This document shows positions 20,014 to 30,187 of a stretch of 64,000 nucleotides of DNA, piece by piece. The notes beneath the pieces were generated by a model that was given only the letters and a program-made list of their open reading frames with translations, made no database searches and was not told the DNA's origin. Position 1 is the stretch's first letter. Each line of letters opens with the position of its first letter. The translations under genes were made by a program, and so were the position numbers. The stretch is from a virus. Where the stretch lies: positions 32,001 to 96,000 of the IMG/VR virus record IMGVR_UViG_3300018933_000001. One strand, 5' to 3'.

Positions 20014-21141
20014 ATGACTAAACCAGTTGAAATTGTAACAGTTACTCGTATTATCCCAATCTTCAAAAATTCTGAGCCTGCTAATGCAATTGAGGTAATA
20101 AACTTTAATTTCCTAAACGGAGATGAGTGCGGATTTAATGTAGTTTCTCAGAAAGGTCTTTATCAAGTAGGTGACTCAGCAATCTATATCCAACCAGACT
20201 ATTGTCTTCCGAATACAGAGTTATTTAAATCTTTTACTGCTCCAAACGGTGATCCAAATAAGTCTAAGTTAGGAAAACAGAATCGAATTAAAGCTATTAA
20301 ATTTAATTTTCAGTTTGAAGATTCTTCTGACCCAATCTATTCAAACGGTATTTTATTACCTTTATCTGAAGTTGGATTACCTAATGATAAAGATGAAGAA
20401 TTTAATATAGCAGAGTTCTTAGGAATTACTAAGTACGAAGAACCGGAGAAGTTTAAGACTGGTAATGCTAAGGGAAATTTACCAGGTTTTCTTTATAAAA
20501 CAGATGAGGAAAACGCAGCTAACCTCAAATCTCATATTAATAGAGTTTTAGCAGCAGGTGAAAGAATTGGTTGGTCACTTAAGTATGATGGGAGTTCTCT
20601 TACTTACTATTGTCGAAAAGGAGTAGACGGTTGGGAACGAGGTATTTGCTCTAGAGTTATGGAAAAGAAGATTCCTGAAGACTTATCTACTACCTCGGAC
20701 GGTTGGGTTTCTTTAGCTGTATCATCGGGTTTATTTGAGAGAGGGCTACAGTATTGTCAAGATAATGACAGAGAACTAGCTTTTAGAGGAGAGATTTATG
20801 GCAATGATGTAACAAAAGGCTCAGGTAATAAATTGAACCCCCACAGTAAATGTAAACCGTCTTTGGTTATCTATGGTATTGATACTTTAGAATCTGGATT
20901 TGCTACTAAACTCCTACCTATGGAGGTTGAAGGTATCTGTAAGAGGTTAGAAGTAAACTATGTACCTTACTTACAGATATTTCCCAAGAATTATGATGAA
21001 TTAATTGAAGTAGCTAATAAGGTATTTGAGAACTATAGAGAACAAAAGAACTGGATAATTGAAGGGGTTGTAGTTAGAACTTTAGACTCTAATAAGTTAT
21101 CAGCGAAAGTCATGAATAACGCCTACGATGCTAAGAAGTAA
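20014..21141 (+). CDS. ATP-dependent RNA ligase (DRB0094/Rnl5-like, N-terminal OB domain)
   Basis: Nucleotidyltransferase motifs LKYDGSS (I), RGEIYG (III), EGVVVR (IV), AKVMN (V); N-terminal ANAIEV...KGLYQVGD...YIQPD. Confidence 0.85.
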   Translation: MTKPVEIVTVTRIIPIFKNSEPANAIEVINFNFLNGDECGFNVVSQKGLYQVGDSAIYIQPDYCLPNTELFKSFTAPNGDPNKSKLGKQNRIKAIKFNFQFEDSSDPIYSNGILLPLSEVGLPNDKDEEFNIAEFLGITKYEEPEKFKTGNAKGNLPGFLYKTDEENAANLKSHINRVLAAGERIGWSLKYDGSSLTYYCRKGVDGWERGICSRVMEKKIPEDLSTTSDGWVSLAVSSGLFERGLQYCQDNDRELAFRGEIYGNDVTKGSGNKLNPHSKCKPSLVIYGIDTLESGFATKLLPMEVEGICKRLEVNYVPYLQIFPKNYDELIEVANKVFENYREQKNWIIEGVVVRTLDSNKLSAKVMNNAYDAKK

Positions 21142-21152
21142 GTAATTTATTT

Positions 21153-21175
21153 TAGAGGAAAGTGACTAACCTCTG
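21153..21175 (+). repeat. Conserved-loop hairpin family copy
   Basis: TAGAGG-AAAGTGACTAA-CCTCTG. Confidence 0.6.
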
Positions 21176-21203
21176 TTAACCAACTAATCAAAGGAAGAAA
21201 ACA

Positions 21204-22001
21204 ATGACCAAATACTCTAAGAGAATTGACGAGTTAGAAATTGGGGATATCATACGTTTTTCAAGTAGTAAACAACCTAAGATAGTAGAAACTATAGAGT
21301 TACTGAAAGATAAGCCATACAGAAAGCTAAGTTTCCAAGATATACCTGAAGAACATATGTATTATGATGACATTTATGTTACTTACTTAGGCAATAACAA
21401 AGAAGAGAAAGTAATTACTCACAAAGGATATGTACTTAAAATAGGAAGGTATAACCATGCTCTTTTCAACGGAGAATGTGATGAGTTAAATTATTATGTT
21501 CCTGCAGCACCATTAGAATTCTTACAACAAGATTTTCCTAAATTTGTGGAGAAAAAGATGAAAGAGCTAAACAAAGAAAGACAGCCTCAAAAGGTAAATT
21601 ACTCAGTTCTCTACCCCTACTTCGATTTACTAGCTAATGATGAAGTTAGTTCTACACATACTAATGTTCCTCTTTATGTAAAACAGCAACTTCGATTTAT
21701 TTATGAACTATTTGAAGGAGTTCTTGACCTTACATTAGAAGAAATGAAAACACTTTACTTTGAAAGGAAGATGAGTAAGCAAGAACCTAAAATTGAAAAG
21801 TCACCTAAAACTAAGAAAGCAAAAGATTTATGTCTTGGAGATAGAGTAATACTACCTATAGTTGGAGAAATAACTGTTACTAAACTAACAGAAGTTAGCC
21901 CTGAGTATTATGAGTCTGTTATGAGAGTAGAGTGGTTACAAGAAGATGTAACTAGATTTGACTTAATCAGAAAGGAAGCTGAATTAGTTCTTGTTGGTTA
22001 G
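21204..22001 (+). CDS. Modular hypothetical protein (two SH3/KOW-like units and a HicB-like unit)
   Basis: Repeated DELEIGDII / KDLCLGDRV modules; ITHKGYVLKIG...DFPKFVE. Confidence 0.55.
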   Translation: MTKYSKRIDELEIGDIIRFSSSKQPKIVETIELLKDKPYRKLSFQDIPEEHMYYDDIYVTYLGNNKEEKVITHKGYVLKIGRYNHALFNGECDELNYYVPAAPLEFLQQDFPKFVEKKMKELNKERQPQKVNYSVLYPYFDLLANDEVSSTHTNVPLYVKQQLRFIYELFEGVLDLTLEEMKTLYFERKMSKQEPKIEKSPKTKKAKDLCLGDRVILPIVGEITVTKLTEVSPEYYESVMRVEWLQEDVTRFDLIRKEAELVLVG

Positions 22002-22033
22002 TTCATGCTAAGCTGTAAGTAAAAAACAGCAAC

Positions 22034-22495
22034 ATGAATACAATCTACTTAGATACTGGTTTTTCTAGATTAGGTTGGGCTATAAGTAAGAGAAGTAATC
22101 TCATCACTTACGGAACTTACACTACTTCACCTAAACAAGATAATGGAGAAAGGTTAGACAGTATCTACAAATATTTATCTAGCCTTATCCTTACTCATGA
22201 GATTAAAGATTGTCTAGTTGAGTTACCTGTATTAGCAGGAGTTAATGGGTCTAACCTATCTAAAGTAGTTGGATTAGTAGAGATGCTTTGTTACTTACAT
22301 TCTATTAAGTATAGATGTATCTCTCCTAAATCAATGAAGTTACAGCTTACTGGTAAAGGTAATGCTAGTAAGGAGGAAGTCAGGTTTTGGGTTGCTAAAG
22401 AGATAGATGTGTCTAAGATTCCTAAGAAAGAGTTAGATACAATAGATGCTATTGGGCTATTTGTAGTAGATAGGAGAAATCAGAGTGAAGTATGA
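22034..22495 (+). CDS. ruvC: Holliday junction resolvase
   Basis: LDTGFSRLGWA, LVE, PKSMKLQLTGKGNASKEEV, DTIDAIG motifs. Confidence 0.85.
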   Translation: MNTIYLDTGFSRLGWAISKRSNLITYGTYTTSPKQDNGERLDSIYKYLSSLILTHEIKDCLVELPVLAGVNGSNLSKVVGLVEMLCYLHSIKYRCISPKSMKLQLTGKGNASKEEVRFWVAKEIDVSKIPKKELDTIDAIGLFVVDRRNQSEV

Positions 22496-22976
22496 ATATA
22501 TTTTGGTAGTAGCAGATTATGGTAAAGAGTCTGTTTTCGTAGATTCTAAAAATATAGAATTAAACCAGAGAGAAATAAATTTACTTTCGGAAGGACTTTG
22601 GTTCTATAGTTGGCTGCTAGATATTCCTTTAGAAGTTAAAGGTAGAAGAGAACCAAAAGAGTGGGAATTTATTATAGACGAGAAACTAGATAATAAACCT
22701 TTAATAGAATCTGTTGCTAAAAAATTAATAGAAAAGATTAAAGAGTTGTTTCCTGATAAGGGACTTGAGTTTAGTGAGGAAAATAAATATGACTAAATTA
22801 CAAGCTTGGAAATTAGTAATAGTTAGTTTAATATTTGGTATTAGTGACAGAACGATTAACACTATTACTCATGACTATTCAGTAGATAGTTTACTTCAAG
22901 TAGTTTTAGGAGTAGTTCTACTTGCATTAGTGTATCAACTTTATCCCTATAATCATTAGTCACCTCCAAGAAATTT

Positions 22977-23408
22977 ATGTCTTATCATGAACTGAAAGAA
23001 CGATTTGAGAAGTTACAAGATATTGATTTTGACGAGTATCCTGATAAGAGAGTATCACTAATTACTGACTTAGCAGAAGATATGCTATTTGAGTTAGGTA
23101 GATTAGAACGAGCTTGGTATTTATTTAAGAATAATGTTCCATCTGAAATACGTTCTTTCTATCCAAGAATAACTAAAGACCCTACTGTTAGTTGTTACAA
23201 AAATAATCATCAATTAGTAGGTACTCAATCTTTAAAGAATCTAGACTTTATTAAGTTACATGAGTTAGGACTTTATGTTCTGAGTAGTTATGAAGTTTAC
23301 TATATTAGGACAAGAGAACAAATAGGTTATATCTCTAATTTTTTAGAAGGAGAGCTAAAAGAAGTTGTAGCTTTTGAAGATTATCATTACGAAATAAACT
23401 TTGATTAA
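22977..23408 (+). CDS. Hypothetical protein of the shuffled-module family
   Basis: N-terminal LAEDMLFELGRLE helix shared with 51248, 52775, 54709, 63247. Confidence 0.55.
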   Translation: MSYHELKERFEKLQDIDFDEYPDKRVSLITDLAEDMLFELGRLERAWYLFKNNVPSEIRSFYPRITKDPTVSCYKNNHQLVGTQSLKNLDFIKLHELGLYVLSSYEVYYIRTREQIGYISNFLEGELKEVVAFEDYHYEINFD

Positions 23409-24360
23409 GGGGCTGAAATGAACAACCTTACTAATACATCTAGTGTTTTATGGAAGTTAAGAGATAAGTACCCTCAGTACGAGTTATCTGATGTAACTTT
23501 AGAAACTGCTGAGAAGTTAGTAGATAAATTATACATAACAGCTAGGAAGCAAAAGTTATGGTGGTTCCCTCCTAGAGTAGGTGGAGATTATTATCAAGTA
23601 GACTTGTATTGGGAACATAATAGAAAGAGGTATGACATATTTATAGAAGAGAATGAAATAAATTATATTGCTTATTGGGGAAACAAAACTGATGCAGAAA
23701 GAGAGCATGGAGACATAAATATAAAGAATGATTTAACTGATTTTTGGGAATGGATAGCTGAGTAATTAAATTAATAACATCTACTAATAAGGAGACTACT
23801 ATGAATAGAAAGACATTACCAAGATTTCTCAACAGACGGAAAATAGTAATAGAAGCTTTAGTTAAGGCTAGGGGTAATGGGGGTAACTCAGGAGATATAT
23901 TATACAATCCTAAATCTCTAGTTATAAGTAATAAGTTGTTTAAAAACTCTCCTTCATCTATCATTTCTACTGGTGATAAACCTAAGAACTACAAATATTC
24001 TAGTAAATCCAGAGGTAATAAGAAGTTAGGAGATAAAGCCAGAGACATTTATGAAGATGATTGGGATAAACTAGAAACACCTTCTATTAAGAAAAGGAGA
24101 TATTAATGAAGAAAGTAATACCTCAAAAAGTAGCTAATAAGGTTTATATCTTACTCCAACCAAAGAATCAGAGAAGATTAGGAATAGCAAATAATTGGAT
24201 AGAAGAGAAAGCTTATAAATCTGGAACTACTGAACTATCTAATAGGTTATACAAAATTCAGTAGGTTTTCTTTCTTTAGTAGATAAGAGGCATAAACCAC
24301 AAGTTGACCTAAAACGTCATAAACTCAATAAGCTATTAATCCAGTCACAAGAGAAACTAA

Positions 24361-24834
24361 ATGATTATCTACAAGAGAAATAAAAGTATTTTTGATAGTT
24401 CTGCTGCTTTTTTGGTTAACCCAGTTAATACTAAAGGAGTTAGTGGAGCTGGATTAGCCTTGGAAATGAAAAAGAAGTTTCCAGAGAACTTCAAATATTA
24501 CCATGAGTATTGTTCTAAGTCTTCTCCAAAAGGAGGGGATTTGATTTGGTATATTCCAGAAGCTTCTCAAGTAATTAACGGTGAACGTGCAATCATTAAC
24601 TTTTGTACTAAGGAAGATTGGAAGAAACCTTCTAAATTGGAATGGATTGAGAAAGGTATTAAACAGATAATTAGTATATTTGAAGAGAAATATCTTGATG
24701 GCAAATATCCAACTCCATTATTATCTCTACCAATGTTGGGATGTGGAAAAGGAGGATTAGAAGTAGATAAAGTTTTGGGTGTATTTACTAATGAATTTAA
24801 AAGTTGTAAATATGATGTGGAGATTTATTTATGA
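24361..24834 (+). CDS. Macrodomain ADP-ribosylhydrolase, DarG/Poa1p-like
   Basis: LVNPVNTKGVSGAGLALEMKKKFP, IINFCTKEDWKKPSK, LPMLGCGKGGL. Confidence 0.85.
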   Translation: MIIYKRNKSIFDSSAAFLVNPVNTKGVSGAGLALEMKKKFPENFKYYHEYCSKSSPKGGDLIWYIPEASQVINGERAIINFCTKEDWKKPSKLEWIEKGIKQIISIFEEKYLDGKYPTPLLSLPMLGCGKGGLEVDKVLGVFTNEFKSCKYDVEIYL

Positions 24835-25199
24835 TGACTATTTATCCTTTAACTTTTGTAGAATTTAAAACCTGGTTAGAGTCTAAGAAAGAAGATGCGA
24901 TAGTAGGAAGAATAAAAGATGGAAATCGCTGTCCAATAGCTAGAGCTTTAAAAGAAAACAATAGATTAAGATTAGTTTTCGTAGATGATATTGATACTCA
25001 GATTAGTTATGAAAGAATAATAAATCCACTTTGGGTACATTATTTCACAAGAGGAGTAGACTCTAATTGGCAAACTGAAAAAGTAGTAACAGCTAAGAAA
25101 GCGTTAGAAGTTCTTAACAACCTCTATATTTGTACAGTTTGCAATCAATATAACCCAGAAGGAACTAACTGCGGAAAGAAAGATAATTGTCCTTGGTAG
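24831..25199 (+). CDS. Paralogous family member (EFxxWLESK...CPIA...AKxALEVL)
   Basis: Aligns with the N-terminus of 25953 and with 26850. Confidence 0.65.
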   Translation: MMTIYPLTFVEFKTWLESKKEDAIVGRIKDGNRCPIARALKENNRLRLVFVDDIDTQISYERIINPLWVHYFTRGVDSNWQTEKVVTAKKALEVLNNLYICTVCNQYNPEGTNCGKKDNCPW

Positions 25200-25952
25200 C
25201 TAATAAAGAGGTAGAGTAGATGGGTATTTCAACTACAGGATTTGTATTAACCGAGAATAAGGATGTCTTTGCAGTATTAACTACGATTGAAGATACTTTA
25301 ATTGAATTGGTAAAGAAGTATTCTACCGGAGAGATTATATTTCTAGATAAGACAAGTAGATTTCCAAAAATTGTATGTAGTCCTCGTTCTATATCTTTTC
25401 ATATCCATTTTAAAGTTAATGATGAAAATAGAATACTCGGTGTCTACTTTGATTGCGATTGTGATTACAAAGAATATGGAGATTCTAAGATTATCTGGAA
25501 CGTTACTAAGTGGGGGATGGCTGAAGAAATAATACTAGCTGTCTGTAAAGCTATGAAACAATACGGTCAAGTCTTTTACGAAGCTAATGATTGTGATGGT
25601 GAAGTAGTAGAAGTTTAAGGTTGGTTAATCATGAAATATTCACTAGACTTTACTGATTTAGACCAAATGAAGAAGTGGTTAGATGAAATTCAAGAAGATA
25701 TAGAGTGGACGGGAAAGATATGGACTGCTACTACTCTTGAAGCGTTAATGAAGTACAAGGAGTATTTTGAAGTAAACGTGTCTGTAGATGATACTCAGGA
25801 CTTATTTCACTTACGTCAGATAAATGATTTAGTTCTTGCTTACACACAGCGACTTATTGAGTTTACTTTAGGTAAAATAGCAGATTTACCTAGCTAATTA
25901 AGAAACTAAGAGTGCTTGTATTGGAGAACTGATATGAGCATTTCTTTTTATT

Positions 25953-26831
25953 ATGGAGATTATTAATATGACTTATATTAGTGAGAAAGAGTCAGAACAG
26001 TGGTATCAAATATCTAGGAAAGAGTTTAGAGCTTGGCTGGAGTCTAAAGAGGATAATGTAATAGTCGGTCAAAGTATTGTTTACGGGAATGACCCAATTG
26101 CAACAGCTATCAATGAAAAAGAAAATGAATGGGAAACAGCAATAATAGACTCAGAAATGAGTATGACAACCTTTGATGGATGGATGAAAGTGGATAATCC
26201 TCGTTGGATAAATAGATTTATAGAAAAGATAGACAGAGACACTTTAGGAGATGAACCTGTAAATATTACAGCTAAACAAGCATTAAAAGTGCTAACTGAA
26301 GTAGAGGAGGAGCGAGGGAAAACTATAGATACAGAACGTCTCCAAGAAATTGAGAAAGCTAAAGGAATGTTTCTAACAGATTCTTATAATATGTCTGTTG
26401 GAGAACTACTTTCTTTACACGCAGATGGGGGGTTAACTCTTTCTAGCAATAATGTTTATAACTCAATTAGTTATCTCTCAGTTACTCAGCAAAATGAGTT
26501 TATAGAATCTATTTTTCTAGGTTTACCTTCTCAACCATTATTTGTGAAACAAGATAGTAACGGGAAATGGAAAGTATTATCTGGAAGTTGGATGCTAAAA
26601 ACCGTTCTAAACTTCTTAGATAAAAATGAAGGGGGTAGATTAGTGTTAAGAGCTACCGACTTACTACCTTGTTTATACGGTTTAACCTGGGATGATTTAT
26701 CAGATAGAGAGAGGTTTCAGTTTAAGAGATACAGGTTTCAAGTTCATATCTTAGCTGAGAACACAGAAGATAGGTATTTGAGAGATAGAGTACAGTCAAT
26801 TTTTTGGAGGTATAGCTCTTATGATTATTAA
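25953..26831 (+). CDS. Fusion of the paralogous domain with a degenerate DUF262 domain
   Basis: MSVGELL...FIESIFLGLP..PLFVKQDSNGKWKVL; SGSWML replaces the DGxQRL motif. Confidence 0.65.
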   Translation: MEIINMTYISEKESEQWYQISRKEFRAWLESKEDNVIVGQSIVYGNDPIATAINEKENEWETAIIDSEMSMTTFDGWMKVDNPRWINRFIEKIDRDTLGDEPVNITAKQALKVLTEVEEERGKTIDTERLQEIEKAKGMFLTDSYNMSVGELLSLHADGGLTLSSNNVYNSISYLSVTQQNEFIESIFLGLPSQPLFVKQDSNGKWKVLSGSWMLKTVLNFLDKNEGGRLVLRATDLLPCLYGLTWDDLSDRERFQFKRYRFQVHILAENTEDRYLRDRVQSIFWRYSSYDY

Positions 26832-26849
26832 CTTTAGGAGGTTACTGAG

Positions 26850-27194
26850 ATGACAGAATATCAAATAGACATTAACGAATTCAGAGCCTGGTTAGAAACT
26901 AAAAATAATGACGATGTAGTAGGAGTTATAAAGCTATGTCGCTCATGCCCGATAGCTAATTTTTTAGAAGAGACTCAAAAAATTACTAATGTACTCATTT
27001 CCCCTTGGGGGATAGAGGTAGTAGAACCCGTGATTAAGCTAAAAAGAAAAGTTACAAGTTTCAATCATACTCCTTGGGTAGCAAAGTTTATAGAAAAAAT
27101 TGACGCTATAGATGCAGCTTTTACCCCAGTAGTTGCAAAACAAGCATTAGAAGTATTAGAGGAAGTAGAAGGGAAACATGACTTACTTAACTAG
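26850..27194 (+). CDS. Paralogous family member
   Basis: EFRAWLETK...CPIA...PWVAKFIEKID...AKQALEVL. Confidence 0.65.
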   Translation: MTEYQIDINEFRAWLETKNNDDVVGVIKLCRSCPIANFLEETQKITNVLISPWGIEVVEPVIKLKRKVTSFNHTPWVAKFIEKIDAIDAAFTPVVAKQALEVLEEVEGKHDLLN

Positions 27195-27636
27195 AACTAA
27201 ACATTTGTTACGCGACTTAGAAGTAGTAGAATGTTCTATTCCAGAGATAGTAGATTTAGAGAAAGAGCTAAATATCTTTCTTCCAGAAGCTTATCGGGAA
27301 TTTCTGCTATGGATGGGTAAAGATACTGGTAAATTTCTACAAGGTTCAGAAGTTACTTACAAACATTTAGTCAAAATTCAAAGTTGGTCTAATGAGCTGT
27401 TAGAAGAAAGAAAATTACCACTTTTACCTACAGATGCTTTTGTTTTCTACATTCATGGAGGTTATCAATTTGCTTACTTTCTACTAAATGGAGAGGATGA
27501 CCCTAAAGTTTACTTCTTTGATGAGTGTATAACTAAAGGAGTTGAGTTACTAAGAGAATCTTACTCTGAATGGTTAACTACTGAAGCTGAAATCTTTTGT
27601 CAGTATCAAAGAGCTGAAAATTATGAAGAGAATTAA
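27178..27636 (+). CDS. SMI1/KNR4 (SUKH) family immunity-like protein
   Basis: CSIPEIVDLEKELNIFLPEAYREFL...HGGYQFAYF...DDPKVY...SYSEWL. Confidence 0.85.
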   Translation: MTYLTRTKHLLRDLEVVECSIPEIVDLEKELNIFLPEAYREFLLWMGKDTGKFLQGSEVTYKHLVKIQSWSNELLEERKLPLLPTDAFVFYIHGGYQFAYFLLNGEDDPKVYFFDECITKGVELLRESYSEWLTTEAEIFCQYQRAENYEEN

Positions 27637-27973
27637 GTTATCTATTTCTGGTGATTCTGGTAATATTCCTGTTAGTGGGAGTCCTTTTTGGAGATACTCT
27701 TTAAATCTTAGTTGGGAAGAAGTTATTGGAGTTTTAGGTTTAGATGACAGTCTCATATCTAGACTCAAAAACTGGAAAGATAGTGTATTACAAGCTGACA
27801 ATCTTTATAGTTGGGAAGGTAAACGAGAAGAATTAGTTAAATGTGAAATAGAAGGTTTAGCTATTTTACTAGAACTAAGAAAAAAATTACCTGATTATCA
27901 GATTACTTATTCTAGTAATTTTAATAGTTATAATTGTGTACTCAATGAGGAGCAAGTTGATGACAGTTACTAA
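27623..27973 (+). CDS. Immunity-like small protein, paralog of 27936
   Basis: ISRLKNW...GLAILLELRKKLPDYQITYSS. Confidence 0.5.
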   Translation: MKRIKLSISGDSGNIPVSGSPFWRYSLNLSWEEVIGVLGLDDSLISRLKNWKDSVLQADNLYSWEGKREELVKCEIEGLAILLELRKKLPDYQITYSSNFNSYNCVLNEEQVDDSY

Positions 27974-28328
27974 AAAACTTATACTATCTCCTGAGTATAA
28001 ATGTCTTAGTCCAGTTTGGGAAGATAAAGAAACAGAAAAGAGAAATTTTGAATTTGAGGAGTTGTTTGATTTAGGGATAGATGGTTGTGTTATTTCTAAA
28101 CTACGGACTTGGCAAAATATGTCTAACTCTGTTTTTGAGAAAATAAAAAACTGTTCTTTTACCGAGAGATTCTACACAAAAGAAGAGGCACTAGAATTTG
28201 ATAAGTTAGGGATAACTATTCTACTAGAACTAAGAGAACAACTACCTAACTGCTTAATTAGTTACTACAGCTCTTTTTTCAAGCAAAGAATTATTTTAGG
28301 AGGTTCAGATGTCTACTACTATCACTGA
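27936..28328 (+). CDS. Immunity-like small protein, paralog of 27623
   Basis: LSPEYKCLSPVW...ISKLRTW...FDKLGITILLELREQLP. Confidence 0.5.
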   Translation: MYSMRSKLMTVTKKLILSPEYKCLSPVWEDKETEKRNFEFEELFDLGIDGCVISKLRTWQNMSNSVFEKIKNCSFTERFYTKEEALEFDKLGITILLELREQLPNCLISYYSSFFKQRIILGGSDVYYYH

Positions 28329-29140
28329 AGTTCAACAAGCACTAATCAAGTCACAAGTGACTCAGCAGTATTGGGTAGATGGAGGTTGGGAAGCTTTATC
28401 CAATCAACTAGAAGAAGAACTAGCAAAGGAGAACCAGATAGTAGACGTGTATCCTTATGTTGAGATAGATATTAGTGTAGATATAACCATTGTTCTTCCT
28501 GATAAAGTTTACAGGGTTCCACTAGAGGATGTTTCTAATATTCATGTTAACGACTCTTTAGTTATTAGCGTTGAGGATTTATATCCGGATTGGGAAGAAA
28601 GAGTTAGAGCAAAAATCGAGAAGAGTTCAATAGGTATTAGAAAGATGAGTATAGATAGGGTGTTTATTGTAACTTCTTTTCTTGGTACTGATGATAAAGT
28701 TCGTATTCTGAAAGAGAAGGTAAAGTAGTAAGGTGCATCTATTCAAGTAAGCTAAGTAGAGGACTTCTCATGAACATCATAAGAGTTGAGTATAGATTCC
28801 TTCGACTATCTGCTAATCTACTTGCTTTAGTAGAGTTACTACCAGGATGTAATATTCCTCAACCTACTACTTGTCTTTATCCTGAATTTCCTTATTTGAC
28901 AGATAGTAGAAAATCCAAAGCTAACAACATCTTTGAGAATCTAGAAGAGTGGATAGAAGACCAAAGTTTAGCTCTAGAATTGGCAGTAGAAGAAGCTAAG
29001 AGAAAATCAATAATAGAGTTTAACTGCAATCATCCAGAATATAGAGAAGTTTGTCTTTGGGTTTATCGTGACCCATTAGTATATTGGGATGAGTATTGCC
29101 CGATATTTGACAATGAGTTTAATTATGTATTAAGGTAAGA

Positions 29141-29404
29141 GTGATGGACTTAGCTAAAGAATTTGCACGAGCTATTAGAGTAATTAAAGAACAGACTAAA
29201 GAACAGGACAGAAAAGCAATAGAGGATTGGATTACTAACTGTTCAAAAGAAGATTTACCTGAGTTAAAGAGGCAGGCACTACAACTATTTAAAGCTTACA
29301 ATCATCAACAAGCAATGTTAGAGATTTCCATGATGCAGAATTTGATAGGTACTTATCCTCCACAGGATTCTACTATCTCTTTTCCAATTATTGAAGAAGA
29401 ATAA
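29141..29404 (+). CDS. Small helical protein, possibly NblA-like
   Basis: Two-helix pattern RKAIEDWITNCSKEDLPELKRQALQLFKAYNHQQAML; weak resemblance only. Confidence 0.3.
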   Translation: MMDLAKEFARAIRVIKEQTKEQDRKAIEDWITNCSKEDLPELKRQALQLFKAYNHQQAMLEISMMQNLIGTYPPQDSTISFPIIEEE

Positions 29405-30154
29405 TCACGTAGGTCAAACTCTGCTACCTGGTTAACCTTAAAAGTAGCAACTTTTTCAACCAATAGGAGTCCTCATCATGAGTCACTATAGCATCTTGGC
29501 AATCTTCAATGAAGGTAATTTAAATGAAGTTGAAACAGTTCTCAACCAACTAACTCTATTGAGACAAGGGGAAAAAAACTCTTTGATTAAGGCAGTTGAA
29601 GATTATCACTTCCTTAAGTCATTAGCAGTAAGAGGGTTTACTCAGCAAATTGTACTCTTCCTACTTAACCCCGATTCTATTAGTTCTGAAGAAGTTGTAG
29701 AACAGTTTCTATCGAGGCTAGAAATTTGGTTGATGATAGTAGAAAGTAAAGATGAGCAACGGAAATACGCAGAAATTGTCAATCGGTACCGAGATATTGT
29801 CTACTGTTTTAATGATGATGAGATTCTAGCTTTACGTTTCAGCTTACTAGATGTTCTTCGAGAGTTAGAAGAGTCTAAAGCTGCTAAGAAAGAAAAGAAA
29901 AGACATGATTTGTGGGAAAGGTACAATTTCTTAACTCAGTTTGAAGCACCTATGCAGTCTCAACCTGGTTATGAAGCTTATGAAACAGTAATGGAAGAAT
30001 ATGGTAAGCTCTTTGATTTAGAAAGTCAAGTTCCAAACATAAAAGGAACTATGAGCGAAGAACAACCTGACTTTATTGAAGCTTTCATGGGTACTTGGAA
30101 AATACCTGAAGGTTATGTAAGCCCTGTTCTCTATCAAGATAACTAAAAAGATAA

Positions 30155-30187
30155 GAAGGCTTAGTAGATGTCTGCTAGGTCTTTTTG
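30155..30187 (+). terminator. Intrinsic terminator
   Basis: AGGCTTAGTAGA-TG-TCTGCTAGGTCT followed by a T-run. Confidence 0.6.

Noticed and set aside
26836-26849. Additional copy of the conserved-loop hairpin (GAGGTTACTGA)
   Set aside because: No flanking stem; it coincides with the RBS of ORF 26850.
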